From positions 256,001-320,000 of the forward strand of contig CAVUDP010000002.1 in assembly GCA_963740315.1 (NCBI GenBank): a DNA stretch of 64,000 bases. Reading direction: 5' to 3'. The translations under genes were made by a program, and so were the position numbers. Under the pieces are notes generated by a model, which was given only the letters and a program-made list of their open reading frames with translations, had not been told where the DNA came from and did not search any database. Source of the stretch: an uncultured cyanobacterium. Lineage in GTDB: Bacteria; Cyanobacteriota; Cyanobacteriia; Cyanobacteriales; Nostocaceae. This document shows positions 62,789-64,000 of the stretch, piece by piece (the stretch's first letter is position 1; every line of letters begins with the position of its first letter).

Positions 62789-63973
62789 ATGGCGGTAAAC
62801 AGAATGAATTCGCAATTTGAATACAGCATCGTTACCAATTCAGAAGATGTTCAAAAATTTGGAAGCATCTTGGAACAATGTTTTTTAGCTTCCCCAGGTG
62901 AGGAAGAAGGTTGGCTTAAGCGGATGGGGGTAGAAAACATTCGTGTAATCCGCAAGGAAAAAGAAATTGTCGGTGGATTGGTAGTTATTCCGATGGGGCA
63001 ATGGTGGGGTAGCAAAAACGTGGCGATGACGGGTATTGCTGGGGTTGGTGTTGCTCCGGAGTGTCGGGGTACTGGTGCGGCGTTGAGTTTAATGCAGCAG
63101 ACTATTAAAGAACTTTATGCAAATGATGTGCCGATTTCGGTACTTTATCCGGCAACTCAACGGCTTTATCGGAAGGCTGGATACGAGCAAGGAGGTAGTT
63201 TTTGCGGATGGGAAATTCCAGCGCAGAGTATTCAAATTAGAGAACAACCTTTACCGATAAAATCTGTTGCGATATCAGATATTTTTTACGAACTGTATAC
63301 AAGGCAGGCAAAAAATATAAATGGATATTTAAACCGGAATCAAACTATCTGGAATCGCATCATTAAACCGGATAATAAAGAAGTTTTTTATGCTTATATT
63401 ATCGGTTCGATTGAAAAACCGGAAGGTTATATCGTATTTAGCCAGAATCGCATTGAGAACGATAATGTTTTGATGGTTGTTGATTGGGTTCTTCTGACAA
63501 ATGCAGCAGCACAAAGCTTTTGGTCATTTCTGAGCAATCATCGCTCTCAAATAGATAAAATACGTTGGCGCGGCTCTGCAATTGATAATTTGACATTAAT
63601 ATTGCCCGAACAAACTGCTAAAAATAGATTTATTCAACGCTGGATGTTGCGACTAATAAATGTAGAGAAAGCATTATCCGCACGCGGTTATTGTTCGGGA
63701 ATTGAAACCGAATTGCATTTAGAAATAACAGATGATTTGATAGCAGAAAACAACGGCAAATTTATTTTATCAATTGCCAACGGAAGCGGAAATGTTGTAA
63801 AAGGTGGCAAGGGTGAATTAAACCTAGATATTAGAGGATTAGCACTTTTATATACAGGATTATTTTCACCTCAACAATTACAACTTGCTGGAATCGACGC
63901 GACAGATGCAGTAATTTCCACCGCTACGCAGATATTCGCTGGTACGTCTCCGTGGATGATGGACTTTTTTTGA
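62789..63973 (+). CDS. Eis-like GNAT acetyltransferase with SCP2-like C-terminus
   Basis: GIAGVGVAPECRGTGAA, SVLYPA..LYRKAGYE, DDLIAENNGKF. Confidence 0.9.
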   Translation: MAVNRMNSQFEYSIVTNSEDVQKFGSILEQCFLASPGEEEGWLKRMGVENIRVIRKEKEIVGGLVVIPMGQWWGSKNVAMTGIAGVGVAPECRGTGAALSLMQQTIKELYANDVPISVLYPATQRLYRKAGYEQGGSFCGWEIPAQSIQIREQPLPIKSVAISDIFYELYTRQAKNINGYLNRNQTIWNRIIKPDNKEVFYAYIIGSIEKPEGYIVFSQNRIENDNVLMVVDWVLLTNAAAQSFWSFLSNHRSQIDKIRWRGSAIDNLTLILPEQTAKNRFIQRWMLRLINVEKALSARGYCSGIETELHLEITDDLIAENNGKFILSIANGSGNVVKGGKGELNLDIRGLALLYTGLFSPQQLQLAGIDATDAVISTATQIFAGTSPWMMDFF

Positions 63974-64000
63974 TGGGGGGATGGGGAGATGGGGTTCGGG

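Overview
AT-rich chromosomal segment of a filamentous, probably heterocystous cyanobacterium. Evidence is abundant HIP1 GCGATCGC sites, heptamer/octamer STRR-type tandem repeats, cyAbrB, cruF-cruG, ndhF3-ndhD3-cupA and ndhD2. Core genes (pyrR, cbiB/cobD, rplU-rpmA, rnhA, ligA, NDH-1) are interspersed with accessory loci. The standout is a compact three-gene operon at 30988-38652 (minus strand). It encodes a membrane receptor-like protein (signal peptide-vWA-Ig-like x2-TM-FHA-like), an intact tubulin/FtsZ-like GTPase (Tubulin_2/FtsZl1 type), and a full-length but GTPase-dead, membrane-anchored paralogue of that GTPase. Other points of interest: a NACHT protein with 13 hypervariable HEAT repeats and an unannotated divergent 59-aa ORF; a frameshifted Rpn nuclease gene keeping an internal SD/ATG (RpnS-like); a candidate sRNA near 47.73 kb; a degenerate serine recombinase; decayed GNAT and ParE remnants; and several REP/MITE-like families, some tandemly amplified. 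No rRNA, tRNA or CRISPR array was seen. All family calls are from motif recognition by eye, not database searches.
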